Shown: one piece after another, positions 24,460 to 38,436 of the stretch
Layout: the number at the start of each line of letters is the position of its first letter
Numbering within the stretch: the stretch's first letter is position 1
The notes under the pieces: model-generated
Databases searched by the model: none
What the model saw: the letters and a program-made list of their open reading frames with translations, nothing else
Told to the model about the DNA's origin: nothing
Made by a program: the position numbers and the translations under genes
Assembly: GCF_001194135.2 (NCBI RefSeq)
Contig: NC_069003.1
Span: 27,730,202 to 27,783,219, forward strand
Direction of reading: 5' to 3'
Origin: Octopus bimaculoides
Taxonomy: Eukaryota
DNA length: 53,018 bases

Positions 24460-24900
24460 AAAGTACAGCAAGACTAGTTTCTCAGTCACAAAAAATATTT
24501 CAGCCACTCCCCAATAATTATTAATCCTCTACAAAGATAAGGTAAGACCTACAATATAGTAGTTTTCCCATATTTGGTTGAGTGCTAGACTGCATCGGGA
24601 GGAAGTCCACTTGACTAAATGGCATTATGTCATTCATGAAGACATTCTAACCGCTGGTCCACAGACAGTCTTTGAAGTAACTACGACGGTTTCTGCTCCT
24701 TGGATCTGGCTGGTCACTCTTTAGGGATATACCCATCTCTCCCCCTTTCATCAACCATATTGAGTTCAATCTCCCAAACTAGCCAAAACTCCCAGTTCTT
24801 TCTTACTAGAACGTCGACTTTCTGGAATTCTCTTCCTGTACAATGTTCTTTCCTTCATGGTATCAGTCTCACCAGTCTCTGTGAATCTGTGAAGGTCATG
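24460..24900 (+). mobile_element. CR1-group LINE RT 3' fragment, decayed; may extend to ~24000
   Basis: KKYFS..., LLILYKDKVRPTI**FSHIW and SQFFLTRTSTFWNSLP resemble the CR1/L2-group LYK..VRP.LEY...W and SFF.RT..LWN.LP motifs. Confidence 0.7.
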
Positions 24901-26129
24901 GTCACAGTCCGTTCCTCTACATCAGACCAAAGAAAAGAAATCAGAATCAGTATCCCATTTCTTTCATATACATGTATTTCTAAATAAATTTCAATTATCG
25001 CTAAGATAACATTAAACAAACGAAAAGAGAAATGAAACAGAAATACATAAAACGAAATTAAACAACTTTATTGTATTGAGTTTCTGTTTTATTTGTTTAA
25101 ATGAATATATTATTAGTACTGCAGGCATAGTTCGGCATTGATATTCATTAGAAAAACAAACTTTGAAGAAATACAAGCTACGATCTGCTCATCAGCTAAA
25201 TATATCTGTGTGGGTGGAAAGAACGAGTAACAACGAGTGTGGTTCACCTTATTTCACCTGGCTTTATATAATGTTATGACGTCAAGTTAAAATTTGACAT
25301 TGGTAAATCTTTGCATATTATTATGCAAGTCAGTGACTTGATATCATAGAGGAAACTAATAAAACAAATTTACAAAAACACTGAATTAATCTCAATGATG
25401 GTATTGTATGCCATATTGAATTCAATCTTCGTCTCTAGAGGCGATCAACTGCTTCTATACCGACGACACTGACAGAAGATTATAAACTTACTGAAATTTC
25501 ACAGAAATACATTAGAGGGGATTTTATTTGTTTGTATAGCTATTGTCTGAATTATTTTAAATATGAGAACTTCCTTTCGACAACGGAATAAGAATCGTGT
25601 ATTTAAAACAGCCCACTCAATAAATTGTTTACAATGGAATATATGAAGTCATCACAATTCGACTTCAATTTTATATATGAATTATCTTAAACATAATATT
25701 TACAGGGAAGGTGCTAGTTAAAACTTAAATATAGCTTGCTCTGCAGTAAACCGTTTGGACTCTCTTTGTTCTGAGTTCAAAGCATGATGAAGTTGCATTT
25801 GCCTTTCACCGTTTTGAGTTCAATAAAGTATCAATACTGTACTGGGATTAATTCGTCTTTTTCTTTCTTTCGGTTCGCTGATGCATAGCACTTTCGGGAC
25901 GACTCCCTCGTAATGCTGGGTGTTAAAACACTTAAAGTAATTGACAGGCGAGACAACTTGCTCGAATCCCATTGAGGAGTAATGGATGCCAATATTTCAC
26001 AATTTTTGTGGCTTATCAACATCGCGTACCCGAATCAAACCGAATCGCTAGTCTATGGTTATATACAATGAGCATAATATATATATATATATATATATAT
26101 ATACGAAGTGGTATCAAACTGTTCCTGGA

Positions 26130-26553
26130 CTCTTTTACACTTTTACTCTTTTACTTGTTTCAGTCATTTGTTTGACTGCGGCCATGCTGGAGCACCGACT
26201 TTAGTCGAGATCGACCCCAGGACTTATTCTTTGTAAGCCTAGTACTTATTCTATCGAGCTCCTCTTGCCAAACCGCTAAGTTACGGGGACATAAACACAC
26301 TAGCATCGGTTGTCAAGCGATGTTGCGGGGGACAAACACAGACACAAAGATACACACACACGCACACATATATATATATATATATATATACAACGGGTTT
26401 CTTTCAGTTTCCGTCTACCAAATTCACTCACAAGGTTTTGGCCGGCCCAAGGATATAGTAGAAGACACTTGCCCAAAGTGCCACGCAGTGGAATTAAACT
26501 CTGAACCATGTGCTTGAGAAACAAGCTTCTTACCACACAGCCACTGACGCGCC
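26130..26553 (-). mobile_element. SINE family B, full length
   Basis: Tail, central block, internal (TA)n, CORE-like ccttgggcaagtgtcttct and tRNA head all present. Confidence 0.9.
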
Positions 26554-26868
26554 TATTATGTGGTTAAAATTTAGAAAAATAATAATACATACTTATTGCA
26601 AATGTACAAAAGAAAAAAAATCGTCTTATTCGATTTAGTTTTATTTAGTTTTTTTATTTATTGTAATAAATGTTTTTCCTTTGAAAATTAGTATTCTTTT
26701 CATCATTTTCGTAAAAGCGCCAGGAAATTTCATAAAAGCTAAATAATTATTGTATGAATGGTATATTTCCTGATATAACTCATGTTAGCAAATGTAAACT
26801 TCCAGACTTACCCGTCGTGTGACGAGTCGTCTCTAGTATTAGTATTATAATGATATTGTTATTATTGT

Positions 26869-27745
26869 AAAGGCGAGGAATTGGAAGTATCGCCAGCACG
26901 CCAAGCGAAATGTTTAACAGCATTTCGTCCGTTTGTACGTTCTGAGTTCAAATCCCGCCGGAGTCGACTTTGCCTTTCATCCTTTCGGAGTAGATAAAAT
27001 AAGTACCAGTTGAGTACTGAGATCGATGTAATCGATTTATCCCCGCCCCCAAAATTTCAGGTCTTATGCTTATAGTAGAAAGGATTATTGGAAAGGCGGT
27101 GAGCTGGTAGTATCGTTAGCACACCCGGCGAAATGTGTAGCGGCATTTCGTCCGTTTTTACATTCTGAGTTCAAATTCCGCCGAGGGTCACCTTTACCTT
27201 TTAACCTTCCAGAGTCGATAAAATAAGCACCAGTTGAGCACTGGGGGGAGGGGGTCGATGTAATCGACTTACCCATTCCCTCGAAATTGCTGGCCTTGTG
27301 CCAAAATTTGAAATCAATATTATTATTGTTATTATTGTAAGGGCGATAAGATGGTAGAATCGTTGGCTCGCCGGGAAAAAAATTATTAGCGGCCTTTCGT
27401 GTGTCTTTCACTTCTGAGTTCAAATTCCCGAGAAGATATGGTTTATATCATTAATATACTGCCTTGAGTTTACACGGTACAAGTATAAACGATCAATGGA
27501 TCACGTCTGATATTTTATCAACTGTCGAGGTATTGAGTTGGCAGAATCTCCAAAGCCTCCGTCAAAATGCCATAAAATATTGCAGTGAGCAGGCAGAATC
27601 GTTCTGAGTTCAAATTCCGCCGATGTTGACATTACCTTTCTTCCTTTCGTGGTCGATAAGATAAGTACCAGTCGAGCACTAGAGTTGGTGTATCCAACTA
27701 CACCCAACCCTAAATTTTTAGGAGTTTTGCCTAAAGTAGAAAGTA
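26869..27745 (+). mobile_element. Head-to-tail array of four family A SINEs separated by ATT-rich spacers
   Basis: Heads at ~26869, 27092, 27338 and ~27525; B-box ctgagttcaaat in each. Confidence 0.85.
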
Positions 27746-28632
27746 TTATTTTATCAACCGTTGAGTGATGAAATGTGAAAACATACCTCGTAAGATTTGA
27801 ACGCACCTATGCTATGAAACTTTAGGGCATTTAATCCGCTGTTTTAGCAATTCTACAAGTTCTCTTTTTCTCCGGATTGAAAGAAAAGAAATCATGAAAG
27901 ATCAGAGAATTATTCCGTTAAAAATCTCAATGTAATTTAGGANNNNNNNNNNNNNNNNNNNNNNNNNNNNNNNNNNNNNNNNNNNNNNNNNNNNNNNNNN
28001 NNNNNNNNNNNNNNNNNNNNNNNNNNNNNNNNNNNNNNNNNNNNNNNNNNNNNNNNNNNNNNNNNNNNNNNNNNNNNNNNNNNNNNNNNNNNNNNNNNNN
28101 NNNNNNNNNNNNNNNNNNNNNNNNNNNNNNNNNNNNNNNNNNNNNNNNNNNNNNNNNNNNNNNNNNNNNNNNNNNNNNNNNNNNNNNNNNNNNNNNNNNN
28201 NNNNNNNNNNNNNNNNNNNNNNNNNNNNNNNNNNNNNNNNNNNNNNNNNNNNNNNNNNNNNNNNNNNNNNNNNNNNNNNNNNNNNNNNNNNNNNNNNNNN
28301 NNNNNNNNNNNNNNNNNNNNNNNNNNNNNNNNNNNNNNNNNNNNNNNNNNNNNNNNNNNNNNNNNNNNNNNNNNNNNNNNNNNNNNNNNNNNNNNNNNNN
28401 NNNNNNNNNNNNNNNNNNNNNNNNNNNNNNNNNNNNNNNNNNNNNNNNNNNNNNNNNNNNNNNNNNNNNNNNNNNNNNNNNNNNNNNNNNNNNNNNNNNN
28501 NNNNNNNNNNNNNNNNNNNNNNNNNNNNNNNNNNNNNNNNNNNNNNNNNNNNNNNNNNNNNNNNNNNNNNNNNNNNNNNNNNNNNNNNNNNNNNNNNNNN
28601 NNNNNNNNNNNNNNNNNNNNNNNNNNNNNNNN

Positions 28633-29038
28633 CTGTACTCTTCCACCACAACTTTCTCTCACTCTTTGTTTCTGTTGTGCCTGTAATTCAAAGGGTCATC
28701 CTTGTCACACTGTGTCACGCTGAATATCCCCGAAAGGATGAAATTTGAACTCAGAACGTAAAGACAGACGAAATACCACCAAACATTTCGCCCGGCGTAC
28801 TAACGTTTCTACCAACTCGCCGCCTGACAGAATAATTATATTCTCTTCTACTCTAAGCACAAGGCCCGAAATTTTGGGGTGGAGCCATCGATTAGATCAA
28901 CTCCAGTATGCAACTGGTACTTAATTTATCCACCTCGAAAAGATGAAAGGCAAAGTCGACCTTGGCGGAATTTGAACTCAGAACGTAAAGACAAGCATTT
29001 TGCCCGGCGTGCTAACGTTTCCGCCAGCTTGCCACCTT
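28633..29038. mobile_element. Family C fragment (+) fused to family A (-), followed by a second family A copy (-, 28843-29038)
   Basis: gctgaatatccccgaaaggatgaaa junction; tttgaactcagaacgtaaagac in both A copies. Confidence 0.85.
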
Positions 29039-29984
29039 AAAAATTATAAATAATCGATGAACAAAATCTGTTTCAATTTGATACATTTACTGTTAACTAT
29101 CCGCTAGGGGACCGCACATACCTTTGTTAATACCCTTGAAAGACGATGAACGTAGCTTCTTCCTTCTTCTTTTCTACATCTTGAAACGCATTAACCGTGG
29201 GCGATTTTATTACATTTTCCTCACAAAATCTCTTCACATTTTCTCTCAAAATTTCTCATGGTGCCTAGTCACACGAGACCAATAATTCTCAGATCTGAAT
29301 CTGATCATATACAATCGATTTTGTTCGTCCTTTTCCCCTCAATACCTATCGATTTTACTCGAGCAACACTATAACAAATAATAGATATCTATCTTGTCAT
29401 AATTATATATTCACAACATGATCTGATCTTTCATTTCTCTAATATATTGTCTCTCTCTTCCAATAGGTTCAGAATTAACTGTCACAACTAACAAATAATC
29501 TTGAATGCTAGTCGCGCGACATCTTCCTTTTTTTTATAGCCTTATTCTTCTCTCATTTTCATCTGAATTTTCTCTGTCCTATTTCTCCCATTGTTCAGCA
29601 GTCATTTTCTGACGAATCTTTTTCTCGCCTACGTAACCCTCCCCTTTTTTTCTCTTCTCATTTTCTACCGAATCTTCAAAACTATTTAAAGGTTACTTAA
29701 GACTTACTTGCTTTGAAACTATTTTTAAACCAATAATGGAACTTAGTTTCAAACGGATCACTCTCAGAGTTTTACAGTTATGGTGCAAACGAAGCCAATA
29801 AAATTCTCAGAAATCAATATTCTCCATAAACTACGCTCCAATCAGTCAAGGAAATGTATACGCTCTCTCTGTCTCTCTCTTCCTCACTCCCATTCTCTCT
29901 CATTCTCTCTATATTCATGCATACCTGCACACATACGCATATATCTATATATATAGATAGATAGATATATTTATGTATGTATAT

Positions 29985-30033
<49 letters not shown>

Positions 30034-31107
30034 NNNNNNNNNNNNNNNNNNNNNNNNNNNNNNNNNNNNNNNNNNNNNNNNNNNNNNNNNNNNNNNNNNN
30101 NNNNNNNNNNNNNNNNNNNNNNNNNNNNNNNNNNNNNNNNNNNNNNNNNNNNNNNNNNNNNNNNNNNNNNNNNNNNNNNNNNNNNNNNNNNNNNNNNNNN
30201 NNNNNNNNNNNNNNNNNNNNNNNNNNNNNNNNNNNNNNNNNNNNNNNNNNNNNNNNNNNNNNNNNNNNNNNNNNNNATATATATATATATATATACATTA
30301 TACATACATACATGCATACGTACCATATGATGTCTCTTTAAAAATCTTTTGTGATTGTCATGCCATGAATTTCGGAATTTGATCTTTTATAGATACGTAA
30401 GGGGGATCAGTTACTTAGTAACTCTCAGACTTCATACATTCTTGGTCAATACTAACTTCGAACCAAACTCTCAGTAAACGGTAAGAACGTATGAAAATTC
30501 CAGGAGCACGTCAGTCTTTTATCTTTTTGGCATTTTATGTTTCGATCTCTCTAATTTTTGCTGATCAACAGACGGCCTAACAATATGCGTGTGCGTGTGC
30601 ATGCATGTATGTATGTATGTATGTGTGTATGTGTGTATGTATGCATGCACATATATGTGTGTTAATGTATGTATGTGTATATGTAGGTATATATGCATTG
30701 ATGTATAAATGTATGTACGTATATATATATATGTGTATGTGTATATATACATTTTGTAAGTCCTGTAACGTTTTTACCCAATTAAGCAAAAAAACTTTCT
30801 AGCATAATGAGCTTCCAAATTATTTTTACGTTCCGACTGCCATTCCACAAGCTAGTCAGCTGTGACAAGCAGCGTTTATATGCTGTGTCCAAAGTGTTGT
30901 TGCAGGCATCTCCTTCAGTCTGGAATAACGAAAGCAAACACGTCAGCTTATTAAATATATGTTAATGGCATACTAAAATTACAAAAATGTAATATAATTT
31001 AAACTGCCTCTCCTAAAAAATGTCTCAAAACCTCTGGAATGCTCCTATGTGAGTATACACACACAAGTACATAAATAAATAAATGTAGATATGTATATGC
31101 GAATTTC

Positions 31108-31157
<50 letters not shown>

Positions 31158-31494
31158 CACGAGGTGGTATCAAAAGTTTTCCTGGCTAGTTATGATTAAC
31201 AAAAAATTACTTATTTACCCAAATTTTAACATCATCTCTTTCGAAACAGTTACCTTGCGCGGTAATACACCGGTTACAGCGATCCTGTCAGTTTTGGAGT
31301 CCGGCCTGGAAGTTGTTTTCCGTAAGGGAGCCGAAGACCTCCGATTTGCTCCTTCATTCGCATTTTCAATTTGGAGAAGAGAAGAAAGTCTGCAAGAGCT
31401 AAATCTGGCGAATAGGGTGAATGAGAAAGCGATACTATGTTGCTTTTGGCGAGAAGCTCACTACTCGTGAGAAGAACTCGGTGACCGGGTGCAT
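31158..31494 (-). mobile_element. Mariner (irritans-like) 3' end and TIR, cut by a gap
   Basis: APGHRVLLT...SHSPYSPDLALADFLLFSKLKMRMK...QN*QDRCNRCITAQGNCFERD; TIR cacgaggtggtatcaaaagttt after TA; solo TIR-like piece at 26102-26131. Confidence 0.85.
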
Positions 31495-31953
31495 NNNNNN
31501 NNNNNNNNNNNNNNNNNNNNNNNNNNNNNNNNNNNNNNNNNNNNNNNNNNNNNNNNNNNNNNNNNNNNNNNNNNNNNNNNNNNNNNNNNNNNNNNNNNNN
31601 NNNNNNNNNNNNNNNNNNNNNNNNNNNNNNNNNNNNNNNNNNNNNNNNNNNNNNNNNNNNNNNNNNNNNNNNNNNNNNNNNNNNNNNNNNNNNNNNNNNN
31701 NNNNNNNNNNNNNNNNNNNNNNNNNNNNNNNNNNNNNNNNNNNNNNNNNNNNNNNNNNNNNNNNNNNNNNNNNNNNNNNNNNNNNNNNNNNNNNNNNNNN
31801 NNNNNNNNNNNNNNNNNNNNNNNNNNNNNNNNNNNNNNNNNNNNNNNNNNNNNNNNNNNNNNNNNNNNNNNNNNNNNNNNNNNNNNNNNNNNNNNNNNNN
31901 NNNNNNNNNNNNNNNNNNNNNNNNNNNNNNNNNNNNNNNNNNNNNNNNNNNNN

Positions 31954-32317
31954 GTGGTTAGGGCAGCGGACTCGCAGTCATAAGATTGCAGTTTCGATTC
32001 CTAGACCGGGCGTTGTGAGTGTTTATTGAGCGAAAACACCTAAATCTCCACGAGGCTCCGGCAGGGGATGGTGGAGAACCCTGTTGTACTCTTTCACCAA
32101 AACTTTCTCTCACTTTTACTTCCTGTTTCTGTTGTGCCTGTAATTCAAAGGGTCAGCCTTGTCTCACTGTGTCACGCTGAATATCCCCGAGAACTACGTT
32201 AAGGGTACACGTGTCTGTGGAGTGCTCAGCCACTTGCACGTTAATTTCACGAGCAGGCTGTACCGTCGATCGGATCAATTGGAACCCTCAACGTCGTAAG
32301 CGACGGAGTGCCAACAT
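31954..32317 (+). mobile_element. SINE family C, near full length
   Basis: gtggttagggcagcggactcgc...gtttcgattcc head; gtgtttattgagcgaaaacacctaa middle; tail gtcgtaagcgacggagtgccaac. Confidence 0.9.
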
Positions 32318-32517
32318 GACAAACTCGCAGACAACAGCATACACGTGATCACAAAAACATGAATTTCACAACTTGCGAAGTAAACACAGCGATGTCACTC
32401 GACACACTCCCTCACCAAGGTCACTGCTAGCTTTCATTGCATACGCAACCATGTACTGCCATCTACTAGCGCACTACATAACAAGTCCGGGAAGATTTTG
32501 ATACCACCTCGTATGTA

Positions 32518-32552
<35 letters not shown>

Positions 32553-33614
32553 CCTGATGTTTAAAATTTAACGAACAAGTTGAGTGGAAGAGGTTAGTTG
32601 CTTGACAGCTATGTTAGGAGCCTACGAAAAACTTAAAGAAAATTTTTTAAAAACATAAAAAATTATCATAGTAATCGATCAACTGTAGAAGACGCCGGAA
32701 AAGTACAGATAAATATTAATGTTCTACTCTCCAGAAAGAAAAATATAAAAATATAATGTCCTATAGAGAAAAACTATTTTAGTTTTACACTGTTAAAACA
32801 GCTAGTGGCAATAACCTTAAATTGTCGTAATAAAACAGATATGAAAATGCATTAAGTGGCACTCCGTCGGTTACGACGTCGAGGATTCCAGCTGATCCGA
32901 TCAACGGAACAGCTTGCTCGTGAAGACATTTTTGGACAACTGCTTATGATGTGGGTGATATCTTCAGTATGAACTCCACAAAGTCTGCATCGGTTGTCTC
33001 ACTTTACGGCTTTAAGTTTACTTCTAAAATGCTATCTATTGCCGTGTTATTGACTTAACTAAGGGATAAATCCAAATTAATTTTTAAAAAACACGGACGC
33101 TCTGCTTCTGTCAGTGGGGTGTAGTTTACAATTAGTAAGAATTTACAGATAATTACCATATTACACACCACCACTGCCTGTTCTTCAGTTTGTTTTGCAG
33201 ATGCAGACTAATTACATTAGTGGCTTTGGCAGAATTACTGGTACTCTTATTACATTGAAAGCGATTCTAGATATTTTCTCGATCGAAAGTGAATAATCGA
33301 AATTAATAACTGTTTTAGTAGCCTATATATGACTTCAAATTCAAACTGCTCTACATTAGTAATCGATTTACCGAACTTCAATAGCTTTAGTTAGTAGCAG
33401 AGGTGTTATAAGTACATAATGACCACCGGTAGCAAACTGCATAAGCTTATTACTTTTGTTAATTATGGAGTTTATTAAACCAGTCTATTAGTGCAGTGAC
33501 TATATGTATGATCTTATCTAGAATTAAAATTATTGATTCATCCTATATCAGATTTTCACATGTAAATGTATGTATGTATGTATGTATGTATGTATAAGTG
33601 TATTCACATGTATG

Positions 33615-33834
33615 AGGGTACGTGGCCTAGTGGTTTAGGTGTTGTACTCACGATCGCGAAATCATGGTTTCAATTCTTAGAATAAGTGTTCTACTGGTAC
33701 TTAAATTTATCGACCCCGAAAAGATGAAAGGCAAAGTCAACCTCGACAGAATTTGAACTCAGACGGTATCGGCAGACGAAATACCGCTAAGTATTTCGCC
33801 CGGCGTGCAAACGATTCTGCCAGCTCGCCGCTTT
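33615..33834. mobile_element. tRNA-like SINE head (+) fused to a family A copy (-)
   Basis: gtggcctagtggtttagg...ggtttcaattc followed by actggtacttaaatttatcgaccccgaa...ctgccagctcgccgc. Confidence 0.75.
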
Positions 33835-34131
33835 CGAAAGACATTCATAATGCTTATCATATTCTAAGTTTTGAGGCAAACGGCAGTCAATGAATTTGGG
33901 CCAATTTTACAGATCTTAGTGTGTGTATGTGTCTATGTATATATGTGCGCGTTTATGCATGCATGTATGTGTATGGCCGGATGTGTGTAAATGTCCGTAC
34001 GTTTTGTGTATGCCTGCGTGCGTGTCCATGTGCACGTGTGTTAGTTTTGTATGCATATATGTGTATGCCTCTGTGTGTATGTATGTGTACACGGACGTGC
34101 CTTATCAATGTCTCCTCTATGTCTGTGTATT

Positions 34132-34174
<43 letters not shown>

Positions 34175-35425
34175 TGCGCGTTCTTTATGTTTTGTTTGCC
34201 GGCAGAAATGGCGACAATTTAACTAGGTATGTCGAAGTCATTATGAACAAAATTCTTGTTTTCAAGATCTTAAAGGTTGGATTCTCGCCAAATTATTTCA
34301 GACAAGAGGGTTTATGTTTAAAAGTACATAGATCGAAATATTTTATCGCGATGATACGTAGTTTATTCTAAAAACCAGGAACATATAAACAAACAGAATT
34401 TAATTTTAGTATATATCGACATTTACATTTTTACCCTCTACTCGTTTCAGGCGGCCGTACTGGGGTACTGACTTGAAGGTCAAACAAATCGACGCCAGTA
34501 ATTTTATTTTCAAATCTGGTACTTATTCTATCGGTTTCTTTTTGCTGAATCGCTAGGTTACGGGGACGTAAATAAAATAAAACGCACGCATGTACGTATA
34601 TACATACATACTTACATGTGTGTGTGTGTGTGTGTGTGTGTTGTTTGCTTGTTTTTATGCTCACTTATAATAAAAACAATTTTACATTAATCTGATGTGT
34701 TACTCAGTCTGACAGTAATTTAGTCGGCCGAAATTATATATATAAATATATAATTCGTATACAAGAGAGTTCTTTCTTGGCAGTGACTTCGAAGTTTCGG
34801 CCGACTAAACCTATACCGTATATACCAGCGTACAGGACGGAATTTGAACTTTTTATAAAATCACCCCAGAGCTAGGTGTCATCTCATATACCCCGTATGA
34901 AATCTGAACCCTAGCACTGTTGTCAATGGAAAACTGTATAAAGCACTCGCATAGATCCTATGCTTCTACAGCGCAGTGTTTTCTACTTATACTGACACAT
35001 ATCGACGGAGGACACGGCAAAGCACTCATATAGATCCTATGGTTCTACGACTCATTATTTTCTACTGGTACTTACACGTACGTGTGGGAAGCTGGATTAA
35101 TAGTAAGACTATAATAAGATAACAGTACAGCAAACTTAGCGGACAGACACCAGACGCCATATGCAACAGCTGACGAACAGAAAATGTAAATAAAGTTTAC
35201 TGATTGAAACATAGTTAAAATGCCATTGAAACACCAGAACAGTAGAGGCTTCAGGAACCGGTGCGGGAGCTACAGCTATCCAGCCCCTTCAGTTGTGAAT
35301 CTCACGCCTTCGGCGCTCGTACTATTTTCCACGAATACTTGGGGCAGTCTTATACTGCGGGTATAGCTCGAAACCTACTTTTGAGAAAGAGAGAGAGGGG
35401 AGGGGAGGGAGAGATACATACATAC

Positions 35426-35518
<93 letters not shown>

Positions 35519-35857
35519 NNNNNNNNNNNNNNNNNNNNNNNNNNNNNNNNNNNNNNNNNNNNNNNNNNNNNNNNNNNNNNNNNNNNNNNNNNNNNNNNNN
35601 NNNNNNNNNNNNNNNNNNNNNNNNNNNNNNNNNNNNNNNNNNNNNNNNNNNNNNNNNNNNNNNNNNNNNNNNNNNNNNNNNNNNNNNNNNNNNNNNNNNN
35701 NNNNNNNNNNNNNNNNNNNNNNNNNNNNNNNNNNNNNNNNNNNNNNNNNNNNNNNNNNNNNNNNNNNNNNNNNNNNNNNNNNNNNNNNNNNNNNNNNNNN
35801 NNNNNNNNNNNNNNNNNNNNNNNNNNNNNNNNNNNTATATATATATATATATATATA

Positions 35858-35897
35858 TTTGAGGGTGGGCTGAAAAGTTCATAGGCTGACAATGAAG
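35858..35897. mobile_element. Solo mariner-type TIR remnant after (TA)n
   Basis: gagggtgggctgaaaagttcataggctgac resembles TA-CGAGGG...AAAAGTT mariner ends; no partner end seen. Confidence 0.4.
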
Positions 35898-36431
35898 GAT
35901 TATATATATAAATGACGGGCTATTTTCGAATTCCGTCTGCCAAATCCACTCACAACGCTATATTCGACCAGGAGCTATAGTAGAAGACACTTGCCACAAT
36001 GGTCGGGAGGAATTCTTCTTACCCACGCAGTTGCACCTGCGCCAAATTTGTCTATAAATTATATTTACTTTATATTCTTCACTCACGCTTTTATAGATTA
36101 AACATATTCTTGGCATCAGAGTATTTTTGCTTGGTTTTCTTTTTTTGTGTGTGATAGCCTCTTAAAACGGTTCTTTCTTCCTTTTACGCTTGTTTTCTAA
36201 CGTTTTAGTCTTACCTAAATAAAACAAAAGATCTTCATTTATTTCTATGTTTAATCTAATTTCTTTTGCTAATACATTGTATATTTTCTTCCAAATATAT
36301 TTTCGCATCTGTTTTATTACCACGTTTGATACAAGGTTATTGACACGAGCTCTCTTAGCATAATAATTACTCGTATGGTTTTTCTGTATAATACATTGTA
36401 CTTCAATGTTCTGTGCTGTATCTTCGATCTT

Positions 36432-37065
36432 TACGTTCTGAGTTCAAATTCCGCCGAGGTCGATTTTGCCTTTTATCCTTTCAAGGTCGATAAAACAAGT
36501 ACCAGTTGAACACTGTGGTCGAGATAATCGACTTAACTCTTCCCAAAAATTGCTGGCCTTGTGGCAGAATTTGAAATCAACATTTAGTATTGTTCTGAAG
36601 AGTAGAGTATTAATATCTAATTGTATTTTAAGGCGGCGACTTGGCAGACTAGTTACCGATCCGGACAAAATGCATAGCGGCACCTCGTCCGTCCTTACCT
36701 TATATGTTCAATTTCCGCCGAGGTTGACTTTGCTTTTCATCCTTTCGGAGTCGATAAAACCAATACCAGCTGAGCACAGGGGTCGATGTAATCGACTATC
36801 TCCCTCCCCCTAAACTGTTGGCCTTGTGCCAAAATTTGAAACCAATATTGGCTGTGTCTTTGTGTTTGTCCCTTCCCCATCACCGCTTGACGACCGGTGT
36901 TGGTGTGTTTACGTCCCCGTAACTTACCGGGTTCGGCAAAAGAGACTGATAGAATAAGTACTAGGCTTTAAAAAAAAAATCCTGAGATCGATTTGTTCGA
37001 CTAAAATCCTTCAAGGCGGTGCTGCAGCATGGCCGCAGTCAAATGGCTGAAACAAGTAAAAGATA
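36432..37065 (+). mobile_element. SINE cluster: two family A copies followed by a family B tail
   Basis: A bodies at 36432-36570 and 36630-36848; B tail ...ggccgcagtcaaatggctgaaacaagtaaaag. Confidence 0.85.
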
Positions 37066-37334
37066 GAGATGAAAGATTTATCTGTATTTTCCCGGCATCG
37101 TCTAGAGATCTTTTGAAATGTAAGAAATTCGATTACTATGATAATTTTCACCTTTGTCATTTTCTGTTAGATTCCCGGATGTTTTTATAAAGCTGTCAAT
37201 CAACTAAACACTTCCTCTAATCTTCCCGTTAGAATTTATTTTTCAGGCAGCATATTTCGTATTAACTCGATGGACGATCTCTTTCAATGTTTCTTTTCCC
37301 ACATGTATAGCCGCTAAGATATAGACGTAGGCGT

Positions 37335-37385
37335 GTATGCATCTATCTGTCTGTCTATCCATCCATCTATCTATCTATCTATCTA

Positions 37386-37431
<46 letters not shown>

Positions 37432-37445
37432 CCTCTATCCATCTG

Positions 37446-37492
<47 letters not shown>

Positions 37493-37554
37493 GTCTGTCC
37501 CATCTGTTTTGAGCTTTGTGTGGCTAATGAAAGAAATGTATCTCTCTCTCTTTC

Positions 37555-37641
<87 letters not shown>

Positions 37642-37670
37642 GTCTATTTATCTATCTATCTATCTCTCTA
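37335..37670. repeat. (CTAT)n/(CTGT)n/(CT)n/(TA)n compound microsatellite
   Basis: Directly visible. Confidence 0.95.
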
Positions 37671-38065
37671 TGATTTCTAAAATAGTGTTTGATGCGATAT
37701 AGCCATGACATTTCTTCTGACCTTTTATAAGATATAATTAGTAAAGTTCCTGAAAGGTCCAATATCTTTCAAAAAAAAAAAATTGTGTGCGCATGTGTTC
37801 TTGTGAAAAATATAAGACATCAGTAGCAGAAGCTCTTGCGAGTCTGCGTTGTTACTTGTCGAAACACCATTCAACTACTCTCCGTTGAAGACTCTCAATT
37901 TCAGAATCAAAAAATAAAAGTACTCTAATAACTGTATTCTTTTTCCATCGTTTCTAAACTCGAACTACTACTCCTAGAATCTGTTGTTATTCGTGTGTGT
38001 GTGTGAGTGTGTGCGTGTGTGTGCGTTTAGTATTAATAATAACTTCTACAATAGGCACTATATAG

Positions 38066-38436
38066 TTGGCACTCCGTCGCTTACGACGTCGAGGGTTCCA
38101 GTTGATCCGATCAACGGAACAGCCTGCTCGTGAAATTAACGTGCAAGTGGCTGAGACACGTGTATCCTTAACATAGTTCTCGGGGATATTCAGCGTGACA
38201 CAGTGTGACAAGGCTGACCCTTTGAATTACAGGCACAACAGAAACAGGAAGTAAGAGTGAGAGAAGGTTGTGGTGGAAGAGTACAGCAGGGTTTTCCACC
38301 ATCCCCTGCCTCCGGCTTCGTGGAGCTTTAGGTGTTTTTCGCTCAATAAACACTCACAACGCCCGGTCTGGGAATCGAAACCGCGATCCTATGACCGCGA
38401 GTCCGCTGCCCTAACCACTGTGTCATTGCGCCTCCA
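38066..38436 (-). mobile_element. SINE family C, full length, with 11-bp TSD, nested in an old family A copy
   Basis: ctacaataggc at 38046-38056 and 38437-38447. Confidence 0.9.

Noticed and set aside
32982-33209. 10-bp inverted repeat agtctgcatc/gatgcagact
   Set aside because: Too short, no TSD and no other support for a MITE
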